DNA from: Azolla caroliniana
Lineage: Eukaryota > Plantae > Polypodiophyta
Reading direction: 5' to 3'
DNA length: 9,140 nucleotides
Assembly: GCA_043228905.1 (NCBI GenBank)
Contig: JBHGNT010001384.1
Coordinates: 1 to 9,140 of the forward strand
A program made the position numbers and the translations under genes. Under the pieces are notes generated by a model. It was not told the DNA's origin. It saw only the letters and a list, made by a program, of their open reading frames with translations, and searched no databases. This document shows positions 7,517-9,140 of this stretch, one piece after another (the first letter of the stretch is position 1; each line of letters opens with the position of its first letter).

Positions 7517-9140
7517 AACGATCGTGGCGGAATGTTCGTGATGAGACATAGAGCAAATTCTATGTCAGCTTCTACTTGGAATAATGCATCTAGTCCGGAA
7601 GACGTATGGTTCGTCGACTCCGGTGCCTCGAACCATATGACGTCTCATCAAGAATGATTTCGAGAACTTCGAGAGCTAGAACGACCCGACTATGTCGAAA
7701 CCGGAGACGACATTACACATCCGATTGAACACATTAGCAATGTCCCATTCGACAAAGAAGGTAACCAAACTTTTATTAAGAATGTCTTGCATGTACAAAC
7801 CATTACGAAGAATTTGGTCTCCGTCAGCCAAATTGTTGAGCAAGGGATGCAAGTACGATTTAATCAAGGCGGTTGCTTCATCAAAAAAGAGGGCCGACTC
7901 ATCGCTCGCGGACGAAGAGAGGGCCGAATGTTTATTCTCGACTAGCACGAGATCAAATTGGCCATGTTCGCAAAGGGCATGAAAGCCGATTCTGACATAG
8001 AGTTATGGCACAAGCGGATTGACTATATCAACCTCCAAAATCTCAAGGCAATGACCATATCAACCTCCAAAAGCTCAAGGCAATGCAATAGAAAGGAGTA
8101 GTCATCGGGCTCCTGACATTCAAGGAGAATGAGATTGAAGGCGTGTGTGCTGCTTGCCAATTCGGCAAGCAACATCGGCACCCATTTCCAAAGGAGTGGA
8201 GCGTGAGCAAAGGAGTACTCGACATAATTCATTCTAATGTATGGGGTTCGGCTCAGACGGCTACATTCGGCGGATGCAGATACTACGTGGCCTTCATCGA
8301 TGACTTCTCCAGCCACACCTGGATGTACCCCATGCAACAAAAGAGCGAAGTGTTCGAACACTTCCAAAAATTTAAGAATGAAGTCGAGAAAACAACGGGC
8401 CGATATGTATGATGTCTTCGGTCGGATGGAGGCAAGGAGTACTTCTCCGACGAATTTTTGGCTTTTATACAGAAAGAAGGAATTTAGTGAGAGTTTTTGT
8501 GTTGACATACGCCACAACAAAACGGAGTCGCCGAACGAAAGAATCGGCACATCCTCGAAGTAGCACAAGCCATGATGAACGAAAAGCACATACCGAAGTA
8601 GTACTGGGCAGAAGCGGCTAACACGGTTGTATACCTCATGAATCGGTGTACGACATGAGGTGTGCACGAACTTACTCCGCACGAGACGTTTTTTGGAAAG
8701 AAGCTGGGGACCTATCACATGTTCGGATATTCGGCTCAATTGCATACGTGCACATCCCTGACGAGAAGCGACAGAAGCTCGACTTGAAGTCGGAGAAATG
8801 TATCCTCGTAGGATACTCACTGGAGCAAAAGGGGTACAAGTGCTATAACCCCTCCACTCAGAAATCGCGAGTAAGTCGAGACGTCGTTTTCGACGAGTCC
8901 ACATCTTGGTATGCACCAGAGACAACTTCGACTGGACCGATTTTGCTCGGTCTGGAATCCGCCGAAATAGAGATAGAAACCGAAGATCGGTTCACGTGCA
9001 TGTTCGAAGAAATCCCGATTAGGACAAGGCTTAGTGGTCCACAAGAGCCTCCGAGCGATGAAAGCACATCTCGGCCAAGTCTGAAGCTGGACAAACGGAA
9101 GGCGAAAATGCCTGAGTATGAAGACGATCACTTCGACGAC
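7517..9140 (+). pseudogene. pol: Copia pol: aspartic protease, GAG-pre-integrase/HHCC region and integrase core with C-terminal domain (stops and two frameshifts; truncated by window)
   Basis: Protease motif VWFVDSGASNHMT (D at 7616) and NVLHVQTITKNLVSV. Zinc-binding region LWHKRI...H...CAACQFGKQHR. Integrase HSNVWG (first catalytic D changed to N at 8236), YYVAFIDDFS, LRSDGGKEY (D 8425) and PQQNGVAERKNR (E 8533), giving D-X35-E spacing, then WAEAANTVVYLMNR, KCILVGYSLEQKGYKCYNP and SRDVVFDE. Frameshifts at ~8053 and ~8706-8709. Confidence 0.95.
8021..8084 (+). repeat. 32-bp tandem duplication that frameshifts pol
   Basis: GACTATATCAACCTCCAAAATCTCAAGGCAAT followed by GACCATATCAACCTCCAAAAGCTCAAGGCAAT (30/32). 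The 32-bp length accounts exactly for the frame change between protease and integrase core. Confidence 0.92.

Larger units (their letters stand above)
3008..9140 (+). mobile_element. Ty1/copia LTR retrotransposon, degenerate, interrupted by a nested TIR element and running off the right end of the window
   Basis: Order is LTR, PBS, gag with CCHC knuckle, aspartic protease, then integrase directly after protease, which is the copia order. RT, RNase H and the 3' LTR are not within the window. Confidence 0.95.

Noticed and set aside
7298-7657. 119-aa ORF as a real fusion gene
   Set aside because: It starts at TTG in the AT-rich end of the TIR element and reads by chance through the TIR into the copia protease, ending at a premature TGA.
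8023-8925. 300-aa minus-strand ORF
   Set aside because: It is the antisense shadow of the integrase region, with no recognisable motifs, while the plus strand carries all the conserved integrase motifs.

Overview
Eukaryotic, most likely land-plant, repeat-rich DNA with no intact host gene; the window is a nest of transposable elements. A decayed Ty1/copia LTR retrotransposon dominates it: 5' LTR 3008-3468, tRNA-iMet PBS 3469-3479, gag from 3629, and protease plus integrase from 7517 to the window end. It is split exactly between gag and protease by a 2978-bp AT-rich element (4535-7512) with 29-bp terminal inverted repeats (AACAC...GTGTT) and a 4-bp CTAT target duplication; removing it restores the gag-pol frame. 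This insert is the most unusual part of the window. It holds a ~1.5-kb internal palindrome (5152-6659) containing about 13 self-palindromic ~35-bp GATAC-N3-GTATC units, related motifs near both ends, and decayed, apparently spliced coding remnants pointing outward from the palindrome. Upstream lie a probable LTR fragment (~760-1215), a frameshifted coiled-coil ORF relic (1224-2255) and a hAT/MITE-like AAACCG repeat cluster (2262-2460). Superfamily and lineage assignments are inferences that need database searches.
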